From NCBI GenBank assembly GCA_038065495.1, contig JBBTQW010000002.1, positions 81,321 to 145,320 on the forward strand: a stretch of 64,000 bases of DNA, in the 5' to 3' direction. The stretch is from Patescibacteria group bacterium (lineage in GTDB: Bacteria; Patescibacteriota; Minisyncoccia; Phycocordibacterales; JACOZG01). The notes under the pieces were generated by a model. It was given only the letters and a program-made list of their open reading frames with translations, was not told the DNA's origin and ran no database searches. Position numbers and translations under genes: made by a program. Of the stretch, positions 1-9,422 are shown one piece after another. Each line of letters starts with the position of its first letter. The first letter of the stretch is position 1.

Positions 1-2
1 CG

Positions 3-206
3 TTTAATGATTTGCGCAGTACTAACGAATCGCTTCTGTCTGTCAAAACTAACGAAACAATGAAAGTGTTGACTGTTGTCGCTTTTATTTTTCTCCCACT
101 CAACTTAGTCGCACAGATCTATGGCGAGAGCAAGACCACATTTGTGCTCATGATTATCTTGCTAATTACTGGCATCTGGACGGCTAAATCCAAAAAATGG
201 CTCTAA
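3..206 (+). CDS. CorA-family Mg2+ transporter, C-terminal part (gene runs in from the left edge)
   Basis: Frame open from window start; NETMKVLTVVAFIFLPLNLVAQIYG matches the CorA C-terminal TM region (GMN motif degenerate). Confidence 0.65.
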   Translation, partial: FNDLRSTNESLLSVKTNETMKVLTVVAFIFLPLNLVAQIYGESKTTFVLMIILLITGIWTAKSKKWL

Positions 207-1306
207 CTCTATTTAACACGCTTACCAAGCAAAAAGAAATTTTCACGCCCAGTTCACCAGAACTGGTGACTATCTACGCCTGTGGTCCCACGCCTTATGA
301 TTACGCCCACATTGGCAATCTTAGAACTTACGTTTTCAACGACACGTTAAGACGCGTTTTAGCTTTCAATAATTATCAGGTTAAGCAAGTGATGAACATT
401 ACCGATGTTGATGACAAGACTATAAAAGCTAGTCAAGCACAAAATATCTCACTGAAAAATTTTACGCAAAAATTTGAAGATTTATTCTGGCTAGATCTCT
501 CAAAATTAAATATTCTCAAGCCAAATATTACACCACACGCAACTGATTATATCCAGCAGATGATCAGCTTAATCGAGACTCTAATAGCCAAAAAAGCGGC
601 CTATACTGCCCCAGATGGGGTCTATTTTGCTCTAGGACAAGCGGAAAAGTACAGGCAGTTATCTGGTCGTCCCAAGCCCGAAACGGCCTCCCAGAGCGAA
701 GATTTCGCTTTATGGAAATTCTGGAAAGAGGAGGATGGCGAGGTGGCTTGGGATGCACCCTTTGGCCGTGGTCGGCCGGGTTGGCATCTAGAATGTTCCG
801 CGATGATTGAGAGCGAGATTGGCGAAACAGTAGATATCCACACTGGCGGCGTTGATCTCATTTTCCCGCATCATGAGAACGAATTAGCGCAGAGCGAAAG
901 TGCTCATGCTGGCGCGCCACTCGCCCGTTATTGGCTCCACGGCGGCTTTGTGAACGTGAGTGATGAGAAAATGAGTAAAAGCTTAAATAATTTTATTACA
1001 CTCAAGAGTTTAGAAGAAAAAAATATCACTCCCCTCGCCTATCGTTACTGGTTACTGCAAGCCAAGTATCGCACGACAGTAAACTTTACTTGGGAAGCTG
1101 TCCAAGCCGCGCAAACTGGTTATGAAAGGTTGATGAAAAAAGTGAAAAGCTTGCCAGAGGGTGATGAAGTAAATCAGGAACTGAAACAGCAATTTCTGGA
1201 CGCAATCAACGATGATTTAAATACAGCAAAAGCGCTGACTATTTTACCTGACAATCAGAAAACTTGGCGCGAGTTTGATAAAGTTTTGGGGTTGGGTTTG
1301 ATTTAA
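197..1306 (+). CDS. cysS: Cysteinyl-tRNA synthetase, short form (C-terminal anticodon-binding region apparently absent)
   Basis: CGPT, HIGN, DFALWK, GRPGWHLECSAM, DIHTGGVDLIFPHHENE and KMSKS motifs. Confidence 0.95.
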   Translation: MALTLFNTLTKQKEIFTPSSPELVTIYACGPTPYDYAHIGNLRTYVFNDTLRRVLAFNNYQVKQVMNITDVDDKTIKASQAQNISLKNFTQKFEDLFWLDLSKLNILKPNITPHATDYIQQMISLIETLIAKKAAYTAPDGVYFALGQAEKYRQLSGRPKPETASQSEDFALWKFWKEEDGEVAWDAPFGRGRPGWHLECSAMIESEIGETVDIHTGGVDLIFPHHENELAQSESAHAGAPLARYWLHGGFVNVSDEKMSKSLNNFITLKSLEEKNITPLAYRYWLLQAKYRTTVNFTWEAVQAAQTGYERLMKKVKSLPEGDEVNQELKQQFLDAINDDLNTAKALTILPDNQKTWREFDKVLGLGLI

Positions 1307-1307
1307 G

Positions 1308-1351
1308 AAAGAAAAAGCCCCGCACCTGCCAAGTAAGCAGGTCGGGGCTTT
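1308..1351 (-). terminator. Intrinsic terminator of the pyrH cassette (possibly bidirectional)
   Basis: AAAGCCCCG...CGGGGCTTT stem next to an A-tract (U-tract on minus strand). Confidence 0.7.
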
Positions 1352-1379
1352 AGTTTGAAACCAACAAGACGAGAAACGA

Positions 1380-2150
1380 TTACACACAGGTGTGGACACG
1401 AAGTTCGCCAACAGGATCAGTGTGGATGATCGTACCGATTTCTCCATGCCAGGCCAGAGCCAGAGCATTGACATCATACCCTTGATCACAAACTCTGATA
1501 TCAATCGCCCGGCGTAAGCACAGCTCCACGGCACCCAGATCCATCACCCCCAGCCCCCTTTCGATCATCTCCGCGTGGGAGAGACTGGGAAAAAACTCCG
1601 GCATTGATCGATCCGTAGTCACCTGGGGTTTCTTGGGATCAGAGCTAAAAACTCCTCTCACGTTGGTGGCCTTGATGAGGAGATCAGCATCAATGTCGAC
1701 GGCCAGTTGAGCCGCAGCTGTGTCGGTGCTAACCCCTCCGACACCGGTCCCACCACCAAGAATGGCGATAGAGTACCCAGGCGACTGAGTGACCCACAGA
1801 TCCAATAGGCTTTGGTAATTGAGAACCAGCGCACTTGTGGCCTCAAAGCGAGAGAAAACTAAGGCTTCTCTGCCTTGTTCTTTCAAAGAGTCAGCCAACA
1901 CTTTAGCGTTGGCCAAACTCCCCATCATACCGGCGATGTCGGCCACTTCTTGGCTAATGCCAATATCTTTGGCCTCTCGGCCGCGGATAAAGTTACCGCC
2001 ACCGATTACCACCGCAATTCTCATTCCTCTCTCAACATTACAAAGCCTGGAGATCTGCAAGACCAGACTGCCGATCTTGCTGCGATCCAATGGTCTCACA
2101 CCACTGCCCATAGCCTCACCAGAGACTTTCACTACAACGTGCTTGCTCAT
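1380..2150 (-). CDS. pyrH: Uridylate kinase (divergent)
   Basis: VVKVSGE, GGGN, STDTAAA and KATNVRGVFSSDPK motifs; start chosen at MSKH after SD AAAGGAG. Confidence 0.85.
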   Translation of the reverse strand: MSKHVVVKVSGEAMGSGVRPLDRSKIGSLVLQISRLCNVERGMRIAVVIGGGNFIRGREAKDIGISQEVADIAGMMGSLANAKVLADSLKEQGREALVFSRFEATSALVLNYQSLLDLWVTQSPGYSIAILGGGTGVGGVSTDTAAAQLAVDIDADLLIKATNVRGVFSSDPKKPQVTTDRSMPEFFPSLSHAEMIERGLGVMDLGAVELCLRRAIDIRVCDQGYDVNALALAWHGEIGTIIHTDPVGELRVHTCV

Positions 2151-2298
2151 CTGCTTAACTCCTTTCCGAGTCAAAAAGGTTACAAAATTGCCAAAGAACG
2201 AGCCTCCAAAAGATAACCCTAGCATATCCCCAACTTATTCCCAAATTGGCCGGGGAACCGCTTGTGCTAGATTTTTCCCATAATGCTAGAATAGCCAC

Positions 2299-3660
2299 AT
2301 GGCTGTAACTACCAAATCTTGGACGCAGACCGGTGTGCGCTTGCCGCCGCAGGATCTCTTTGCCGAACAAGCCGTGCTGGGCTCACTAATGCTCAAGCCG
2401 GATGGCCTGCACGAGATTGATGGCTTACTCGAGCCGATGGACTTTTATGCAGAAAAACACAGACGGATTTATCGCGTGATGTGGGAACTGGGAGAGAAGC
2501 ACGAACCGATTGATCTGGTCTCGGTGACCAGCGCGCTCAAGACTAATAAAGACTTAGAACAAATCGGCGGCTCTAATTATCTCACCGAATTGGCCAGCGC
2601 TGTGCCCTCGGCCGCGAACATTAAATATTATGCGGAAATAATTAAGCAGAAGTCAGCGCGCAGAAAGCTGATTAACTCGGCTGAACAGATTACGGAATTG
2701 GGTTATGACGAACACGAAGAATTAGACAACGTCTTTGACCGCGCGCAACATGCTATTTTAAACATCGGGCACTTCTCCAAGAAAGCGTTTGTACATCTTA
2801 AGGATACATTGAGCGAAGCTTGGGAACGCTTTGATAAACTGCAAAAATCTGATGGCGAAATGCGCGGCGTGCCAACTGGCTTCCGCGATTTGGATAATAA
2901 ACTCTCTGGCTTGCAGAACTCTGATCTGATTATCTTGGCGGCGCGGCCATCGATTGGTAAAACATCGCTGGCGCTGGATATTGCACGCAACGCGGCCTGC
3001 TTGCACGGTAAATCGGTTGGCATCTTCTCACTCGAAATGAGCTCGCAACAGTTAGTCGACAGAATGCTCGCGGCGGAGAGTCGTGTAGACTCGTGGCAAT
3101 TGCGCACTGGTAAAATTAAACATGATGATGACTTTACTAGATTAAGAGATGCAATAGACAGACTAGCCACAGCGAAAATTTTTATTGACGACGAAGCTTC
3201 TAATAACATTAGCAAAATGAAATCCGTGGCAAGAAAGCTCAAGGCCGAGAAAGGTCTAGACTTGATTGTGGTAGATTATCTCCAACTGATGATCCCGCGG
3301 AAAGATAGTGACTCGCTGGTGCAACAAGTCACCGAAATTTCCCGCTCGCTCAAGGGCCTGGCCCGCGAACTAGAAGTGCCGGTGCTGGCGCTCTCACAGC
3401 TTAATCGTAATGTGGAACAGCGCGGCGGCAAGCCAAAATTGTCTGACTTGCGTGATTCCGGCTCGATTGAGCAAGACGCCGACGTGGTGATGTTTATCCA
3501 TCGTGAGGATAAGATGAACGAAAATTCGGAGAAGAAAAATATCGCGGACATTATTATCGCCAAGCATCGCAATGGCCCAACGGGTGAGATCCAGCTCTAC
3601 TTCGACGATGCGCGTGTGAGCTTCCACACTTTAGAAAAGACCGACTTTGGTGGCTTCTAA
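2299..3660 (+). CDS. dnaB: Replicative DNA helicase
   Basis: PPQ..AEQAVLG N-terminus; AARPSIGKT Walker A; VDYLQL; DLRDSGSIEQDAD. Confidence 0.97.
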   Translation: MAVTTKSWTQTGVRLPPQDLFAEQAVLGSLMLKPDGLHEIDGLLEPMDFYAEKHRRIYRVMWELGEKHEPIDLVSVTSALKTNKDLEQIGGSNYLTELASAVPSAANIKYYAEIIKQKSARRKLINSAEQITELGYDEHEELDNVFDRAQHAILNIGHFSKKAFVHLKDTLSEAWERFDKLQKSDGEMRGVPTGFRDLDNKLSGLQNSDLIILAARPSIGKTSLALDIARNAACLHGKSVGIFSLEMSSQQLVDRMLAAESRVDSWQLRTGKIKHDDDFTRLRDAIDRLATAKIFIDDEASNNISKMKSVARKLKAEKGLDLIVVDYLQLMIPRKDSDSLVQQVTEISRSLKGLARELEVPVLALSQLNRNVEQRGGKPKLSDLRDSGSIEQDADVVMFIHREDKMNENSEKKNIADIIIAKHRNGPTGEIQLYFDDARVSFHTLEKTDFGGF

Positions 3661-3666
3661 AAAAAC

Positions 3667-4299
3667 ATGCCAGACAACTTGATGCAAGAATTGACTGATA
3701 GCTTCCAACGCTTCCCCGGGATCGGCCCACGGCAAGCTAAGCGTTTTGTTTATTATCTGCTCCACGCCTCCAACGGCACAGCCAACAGATTATTAGAACA
3801 AATTGCCAAACTGCGCCAAGGCGCGGCGCGCTGTAGCGAGTGTCAGAGATTCTATTTTTTAACTAATAACAAAACTAGTCAGATAATTTGTGACATTTGT
3901 CGTGACGAAAATCGTGATGCTAATTTGCTGATGCTAGTCGAAAAAGATATAGATTTAGAAAATGTGCTGAAAACTGGCACATATAATGGCCAGTTTTTTG
4001 TGCTTAGCGGTTTAATCAAAATCTTAGACAAACAACCGGTGGAAAGTATCAACGGTTTAGAACTATTAAACCGAGTGAGAAAATTAGCACCAAATAGCGA
4101 GATAATCGCGGCTTTATCAGCGAATCAAGAAGGCGACCACACAGTTGATTTTCTCAAAAAATATCTAGAAGAAATAATAGCCAGAAATCAGCTCAAGTTC
4201 AGCACTCTTGGCCGTGGTCTCTCCACCGGTGTGGAAGTGGAATATTCTGATGCCGACACGCTCAAGAATGCGCTCAAGAATCGTGAGGCAAGAAGTTAG
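3667..4299 (+). CDS. recR: Recombination mediator RecR
   Basis: PGIGPRQA HhH motif, C4 zinc finger, TOPRIM-like region, VEYSD..TL..AL C-terminus. Confidence 0.92.
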   Translation: MPDNLMQELTDSFQRFPGIGPRQAKRFVYYLLHASNGTANRLLEQIAKLRQGAARCSECQRFYFLTNNKTSQIICDICRDENRDANLLMLVEKDIDLENVLKTGTYNGQFFVLSGLIKILDKQPVESINGLELLNRVRKLAPNSEIIAALSANQEGDHTVDFLKKYLEEIIARNQLKFSTLGRGLSTGVEVEYSDADTLKNALKNREARS

Positions 4300-4304
4300 T
4301 ATTT

Positions 4305-4634
4305 TTATTTAATACTCAAGATTTCTACTTCCGTGTAAGGCTGCCGGTGTCCCCTTTTCACACGATAACGAGTTTTGTTCTTGTACTTAAAGACGAGCAA
4401 TTTGTCGTGACGATCATCAGCCACGCGCTTGGCGGTCACCTTAACGCCGGCAAGAGCTGGCGTGCCGAGCTTGGTCTCTTTACCATCGCTAGTGAGCAAA
4501 ACCTCGTCGAAAATAACCTCGCTACCCTCTGACTTAACATCAGTTTTAGCCAGTTTTTCCACCTTCAGCTTATCGCCCGGAGCGACCAAATACTGCTTGC
4601 CGCCGGTCTTGATTACCGCAAATTTCATAGTCAT
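4305..4634 (-). CDS. rplU: 50S ribosomal protein L21
   Basis: FAVIKTGGKQY ... GHRQPYT. Confidence 0.97.
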   Translation of the reverse strand: MTMKFAVIKTGGKQYLVAPGDKLKVEKLAKTDVKSEGSEVIFDEVLLTSDGKETKLGTPALAGVKVTAKRVADDRHDKLLVFKYKNKTRYRVKRGHRQPYTEVEILSIK

Positions 4635-4691
4635 AGTGGGGATAGTTTAGCAGATTTGACTTTGGCCGTCAATATAATAAGCTAAAGGTTC

Positions 4692-5765
4692 ATGATCATC
4701 AAAGTTTACAATAAAAAGTTCGAAACTTGGGCTTATCTGGTGATAGATAGTTTAAAATTAGGTCCAGGCAAGGGCGGCATCCGCATGACGCCAAGCGTGA
4801 CCGAAGAAGAAGTCTCGCGTCTCGCCCGGGCGATGACGCTTAAGAACGCGCTGGCTAATATCCCCTTTGGTGGTGCTAAGTCTGGTATCACTTTTGATCC
4901 AAAAATTCACACCAGCAAAGAAAAAAAAGAAATTGTGGAATGGTTCGCGCAAGAACTAAAACCCCTACTCGTTCACAGTTACATCGCCGGACCGGACATC
5001 AACATGACGGAAAAGGAGATGCAATGGTTTGTGGAAGCAGTAAAGAATAACCGCGCGGCAACAGGTAAGCCGAAAAAATTAGGTGGTTTACCGCACGAGC
5101 TGGGCAGTACTGGCTACGGCGTGGCCCAAGCGGCTAAACTAGCACTAGAGTTTAAAAAAATCCCGATCAAGCAAGCTAGCATTGCAATCGAAGGTTATGG
5201 CAATGTGGGTGTTTTTGCTCATCAATTCCTGCAAGAGATGGGCGCGAAGGTGGTCGCCGTATCTGACTCACGTGGCGCAATTTATCTCGAAACTGGTTTG
5301 GATTATAAAAAGTTAGTGAAAATTAAAAAGCAAACTGGTTCTGTCGTTAATTACGCTAATCTTGATAAAAATAGCAGAAAGTTAAGCAATTCAGCCATCT
5401 TTACTCTACCGGTGAGCGTGTTGATTCCGGCGGCCTTGCCAGACGTGATTAATGCCAAAAATATTGACGAAGTAAAAGCAAAAATAATTGTGGAAGGCGC
5501 CAATATCCCAATGCGCGAAGAATTTGAGAAAATTCTGCATCAGCGCGGCGTGCTAATTATCCCCGATATTATTGCGAACGCCGGTGGCGTGATCTCCTCT
5601 TATGCCGAACACAAAAACTTTACGGCAGAAAAAATGTTCAAATTAGTAGCAGAAAAAATTTCTGCCAGCACTCGCGCGCTCTTGCGAGCACTAGCTAAAT
5701 CTAAGAAAACGCCACGCGAGATTGCTTGGCAATTAGCAGAGAAAAAGCTAGGCTCCAAACTCTAA
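4692..5765 (+). CDS. Glu/Leu/Phe/Val dehydrogenase
   Basis: GPGKGGIR, GGAKSG, GYGNVG Rossmann motif, EGAN, PDIIANAGGV. Confidence 0.92.
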   Translation: MIIKVYNKKFETWAYLVIDSLKLGPGKGGIRMTPSVTEEEVSRLARAMTLKNALANIPFGGAKSGITFDPKIHTSKEKKEIVEWFAQELKPLLVHSYIAGPDINMTEKEMQWFVEAVKNNRAATGKPKKLGGLPHELGSTGYGVAQAAKLALEFKKIPIKQASIAIEGYGNVGVFAHQFLQEMGAKVVAVSDSRGAIYLETGLDYKKLVKIKKQTGSVVNYANLDKNSRKLSNSAIFTLPVSVLIPAALPDVINAKNIDEVKAKIIVEGANIPMREEFEKILHQRGVLIIPDIIANAGGVISSYAEHKNFTAEKMFKLVAEKISASTRALLRALAKSKKTPREIAWQLAEKKLGSKL

Positions 5766-6073
5766 TCCCCGCCCGCCAACCGCTGTTGCATTGCCTCCAG
5801 CGCGCCGAGAGCTGTCTTGCCGGTGCGCTTTTCTTGTTCTAGAAGTTCTTGTTTTACCCGCTCACCACCCCGATTGTAACCACCCGTTCGGCCAGCAGAA
5901 CGCACTACCCTGTGGCACGGGATATGTGGATCGTGATTACGCGCCATAATGCGCCCCACCGCACGCCAAGCCCGTGGTGAGCCAGCTGCCTCCGCCACTT
6001 CGCGATAATTCATTACTTTGCCAGGCTTGATCGCCTTAACGACTTGATGCACTTTTCTGACAAATTCACTCAT
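5762..6073 (-). CDS. MGMT/Ogt-family alkyltransferase, DNA-binding domain only
   Basis: RAVGRIMARN..P..PCHRVV active-site motif. Confidence 0.88.
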   Translation of the reverse strand: MSEFVRKVHQVVKAIKPGKVMNYREVAEAAGSPRAWRAVGRIMARNHDPHIPCHRVVRSAGRTGGYNRGGERVKQELLEQEKRTGKTALGALEAMQQRLAGGD

Positions 6074-7115
6074 TTTCCAAATCTGGCTTGTCTAAAACTA
6101 ATGTCTCCATGCTGGAAGTCTCGCCCGTCACCCGTGCCACATCTTTATCAATCTTTTTCAGCTCTTTATACGCCGAATTATAGTGACTAACCGTTGTCCC
6201 CAAGCTTGTGCCAAGTTTGCCGAAATATTGCTCATAAGCCGCGATGTGCTTGCCCAAGTCTTCCACTCTGTCCCGAATCACCTTCGCTGATTCTTCTATT
6301 TGCAACGCCTTCAAGCCCTGCAGAACTGTCTGCAAGTAAGCCAAGAAAGATGTGGGCGAGACAATAATCACGTGTTTATCTTTGAATGCATACTCAATTA
6401 GATCTCTAGTATTTATTTTCACCGAACCAACTTGCGCGACTAATAAGTCATAATAAATCGCCTCGTGGGGAATAAACATGAAGGCGAAGTCCATCGTGCC
6501 CTCGCTCGGTTTGACATATTTACTCGTCTCATCAATTCTGTTCTTCAAATCAGACTTAAATAATTTCTCTAGGCGCTCCCGCTCCACCGGATCGCGTTCT
6601 TCGGCTAGTCTATTATAATTCTCGAGCGAAAATTTTGAGTCAATGGGAATAATTTTCTCTTTTACAAAAACCACCGCATCCACAATCGTGCCGTCTTTGA
6701 ACGGATATTGCATCTGGTAAGAACCAGTTGGTAAAACATTTTTCAGCAAAGTTTCGAGATAATATTCGCCAAGAATACCGCGCTGTTTGGGATTTTTCAA
6801 AATATCTTGCAAGCTCTGGAGTTGATCCGCGAAATTTTCCACGCGCTTCTGGCCTTCACCCACCTTCACCAGCTCGCTCGTGATATCGCGAATCATTTTA
6901 TTAGACTCGCTAGACTGACTCTGGAGCGAAGTGTGGAGAAACTTGCTCGACTCGGTGAGCTTGCTATCCAGCACGCGCGTGAGCTCATTGAGCTGATTCT
7001 GGAGCAAGATTAGCGCTTGATTATCCCCCGCCGGCTTCGGCTTATTCTGCGCCAAGAACCAAGCGATTCCGCCACCCACGAGCAAAGCAATAATTACATA
7101 CAAAATTGTCGCCAT
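6066..7115 (-). CDS. rmuC: DNA recombination protein RmuC
   Basis: N-terminal TM plus coiled coil; RGILGE, IDSKF, DFAFMFIP and VSPT motifs. Confidence 0.92.
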   Translation of the reverse strand: MATILYVIIALLVGGGIAWFLAQNKPKPAGDNQALILLQNQLNELTRVLDSKLTESSKFLHTSLQSQSSESNKMIRDITSELVKVGEGQKRVENFADQLQSLQDILKNPKQRGILGEYYLETLLKNVLPTGSYQMQYPFKDGTIVDAVVFVKEKIIPIDSKFSLENYNRLAEERDPVERERLEKLFKSDLKNRIDETSKYVKPSEGTMDFAFMFIPHEAIYYDLLVAQVGSVKINTRDLIEYAFKDKHVIIVSPTSFLAYLQTVLQGLKALQIEESAKVIRDRVEDLGKHIAAYEQYFGKLGTSLGTTVSHYNSAYKELKKIDKDVARVTGETSSMETLVLDKPDLENE

Positions 7116-7136
7116 ATTTCGCTAGTTTAGCATGAA

Positions 7137-7152
7137 TCCCGCTTTGGCGGGA
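7137..7152. repeat. Short REP-like palindrome TCCCGC-TTTG-GCGGGA
   Basis: Perfect 6-bp stem in the rmuC promoter region. Confidence 0.45.
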
Positions 7153-7165
7153 AGATTTTTCAGGC

Positions 7166-7205
7166 AAAGAAAAAGCCCCGCACCGATTGGATCGGATTGG
7201 GGCCC
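7166..7205 (-). terminator. Intrinsic terminator of the 7227-7775 cassette
   Basis: GCCCC...GGGGC stem plus A-tract; 19 nt identical to 1308-1326. Confidence 0.65.
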
Positions 7206-7226
7206 TGAAGTCACAAAGTAGACTGC

Positions 7227-7775
7227 CTACTCGACTTTGGGAGAACTTTTTTGGAGTTTTTTCTTAACGTCTTGCCTGATCCGTTCTTCTTCCTTATTGA
7301 CAAACTCCTCCAAAGAGAATGCCACCGGAAGCTTGTAGATGGTGATACGCGTCTCCAACAAGGGCTTGCGGACGGAAACTACATATCTTAGGCTGGACAG
7401 TTGCTGTTGCGATGCTAAACACAGCAGGGCTTGTTCGACCGTCTCTCCGCCTGTCCACTCTCTGAACCAACTTGATGGTCGGAAAAGAGAAAAGTTTACG
7501 CGCTCAAGTATGCTTGGTAATAACTTGCGGAGAATAAACCCATCTTTACCAATGCAGAAAAACTGTTGTGAACCATAAGAAGAGGGAGCGTACGCCATAT
7601 ACTCAAGATCAAAGTTAATATACCCTGTCGAGCGCAGGACATCGAGGTCTAACCGTTCTACCCTGATCTTAAGGTACTTGAGATCCTTTGGATTGATCTC
7701 CCCCAGCCATTTTCGCAAAAATGGAAACTCCGCGATGTATTCTTCGTTTGCAACTTGTAAAGGACTCTTCGACAT
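7227..7775 (-). CDS. Hypothetical protein (solo cassette)
   Basis: 182-aa ORF, SD AAGGAG, own promoter and terminator. Confidence 0.7.
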   Translation of the reverse strand: MSKSPLQVANEEYIAEFPFLRKWLGEINPKDLKYLKIRVERLDLDVLRSTGYINFDLEYMAYAPSSYGSQQFFCIGKDGFILRKLLPSILERVNFSLFRPSSWFREWTGGETVEQALLCLASQQQLSSLRYVVSVRKPLLETRITIYKLPVAFSLEEFVNKEEERIRQDVKKKLQKSSPKVE

Positions 7776-7897
7776 TTGAAGCTCCTTGTGGCACCGCCAC
7801 ATTTTCAAGATAAAGCACCGCCTTACCTTGGGGAACTATCCACGAGTAATACCCGCGGATTCTCGCCCAAAAACACATCGTTTTCAGGTCTAAACTA

Positions 7898-7926
7898 AGC
7901 CTAGCATACTAACTATCTTGTGTCAA
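7898..7926 (-). promoter_or_regulatory. Sigma70 promoter TTGACA-17-TAGGCT (extended TG)
   Basis: Read directly on the minus strand; overlaps the obgE stop codon. Confidence 0.6.
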
Positions 7927-8891
7927 GCCCCCTTCTCTTTTCCTATTTTATTCAAAACTTTCTTCACTTGTTCTAGACTATCCAGATCAAAAACGGAAAT
8001 CGCCATCGCTTTGACTTTCAACTTCGCTAATTTGGCGAGTTTAGCTTTCACTTCAGTTTTCTCTAATAAATCAGTTTTATTTAAAAATACATGCTCCTGC
8101 TTTTTTATTAATTCCGGATTATATTGTTTTAATTCTTGTCTAATTATTTTATAATCCCGCGCCACGTCATCAGATTCGCCAGAAATAATGTGGAAAATCG
8201 TTTTCGTGCGTTCAATGTGTCGCAAAAACTTAATGCCCAATCCCCGACCCTCGCTCGCGCCCTCAATCAAGCCCGGCAAGTCAGCGAGAATCAAACCGTA
8301 ATAAGCGCCCAAGTGCGGCTCGAGCGTAGTGAACTGATAATTTGCAATTTTGCTCTTCGCATTTGTTAATTCATTAAGCAAACTCGATTTGCCAGCATTC
8401 GGTAAACCAACTAGGCCAATGTCAGCGATTAGTTTTAATTCTAATCTTAGTTCAAATTCCTCGCCCGGCAAACCAGGCTGGAACTGTTTCGGCGAAGTAT
8501 TGATAGAAGAACGGAAGAGAAAGTTCCCCTTCCCACCCAAGCCACCCTTCGCTACCAAGACTTTCTCACCAATCTTGACCAACTCTTGGTCGAAGCCGGT
8601 CGTAAGATTGTGGATCACCGTGCCCACCGGCATCTTGAGCAGAATATCCTTGCCCGTGTGGCCATCGCGATATTGTCTCTGCCCGTTCTCGCCGTTCTCG
8701 GCCTTCTTCTGCTTCTCGAAGCGGAACTGCGCCAATGCACCGATATCGCTAACCGCCTCGGCAAACACGCTCCCGCCCAAGCCGCCACTACCACCAGTCG
8801 GTCCTAGCGCCAGCTTATTGCGTTCAAAAGCGACCGAGCCACGCCCGCCGTGTCCGCCGGCTACTCTAATCTTGATATCGTCAACTAACAT
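7923..8891 (-). CDS. obgE: GTPase ObgE (no C-terminal OCT domain)
   Basis: Gly-rich Obg fold; GLPNAGKSS, YQFTTLEP, DLPGLIEGA and NKTD motifs. Confidence 0.96.
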   Translation of the reverse strand: MLVDDIKIRVAGGHGGRGSVAFERNKLALGPTGGSGGLGGSVFAEAVSDIGALAQFRFEKQKKAENGENGQRQYRDGHTGKDILLKMPVGTVIHNLTTGFDQELVKIGEKVLVAKGGLGGKGNFLFRSSINTSPKQFQPGLPGEEFELRLELKLIADIGLVGLPNAGKSSLLNELTNAKSKIANYQFTTLEPHLGAYYGLILADLPGLIEGASEGRGLGIKFLRHIERTKTIFHIISGESDDVARDYKIIRQELKQYNPELIKKQEHVFLNKTDLLEKTEVKAKLAKLAKLKVKAMAISVFDLDSLEQVKKVLNKIGKEKGA

Positions 8892-9002
8892 TGTAACCAG
8901 AGCATACTGGAAGTGGTGCTGTAAGTAAACAGGCCCTTCTTCGTCTAAACTAGAGTATGTTCAGAACAATTAAGAAATTATTATTAATCTTTAGTCACAA
9001 CT

Positions 9003-9155
9003 ATGCTCACGAATATCGCCATCGTTTTAGTAGTTCTCTGGGTGCTCGGTTTCTTTGGTTTCCATATTATCGGTTGGTTTATTCACCTCTTACTAGTCGT
9101 CGCGATTATCCTCTTTCTGCTCCGTATCATTAGAGGCGAGAATCCGTTGAAGTAG
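9003..9155 (+). CDS. Small membrane protein, lmo0937-like (50 aa; below the ORF-track cutoff)
   Basis: Translated by hand: MLTNIAIVLVVLWVLGFFGFHIIGWFIHLLLVVAIILFLLRIIRGENPLK. Confidence 0.8.
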   Translation: MLTNIAIVLVVLWVLGFFGFHIIGWFIHLLLVVAIILFLLRIIRGENPLK

Positions 9156-9208
9156 ATAGAAAAAAAATAGATTTTGTCATTTTAACCCAAAAATGATAGA
9201 ATGCCTGT

Positions 9209-9418
9209 ATGAATTTTGAAGAATTTTTACAAAAAGTAGCCCCAAAAGTTGGTCCTAATGGGGCATTTAGTCTAGCTAGGGACGCGCGTATAACCGCTTT
9301 GGAAAAAATATTAAGTAGTAAACTAAATATCCAAAAAGAAGAAATTGATAAGTCTGTGGACGAAGAATTAGAGAAGTTAGCTACAAATATTCTTAAAATG
9401 CCGCCACTGCCTAATTAG
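9209..9418 (+). CDS. Hypothetical protein
   Basis: 69-aa ORF; TAGAAT 6 nt upstream of the ATG. Confidence 0.6.
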   Translation: MNFEEFLQKVAPKVGPNGAFSLARDARITALEKILSSKLNIQKEEIDKSVDEELEKLATNILKMPPLPN

Positions 9419-9422
9419 AATC

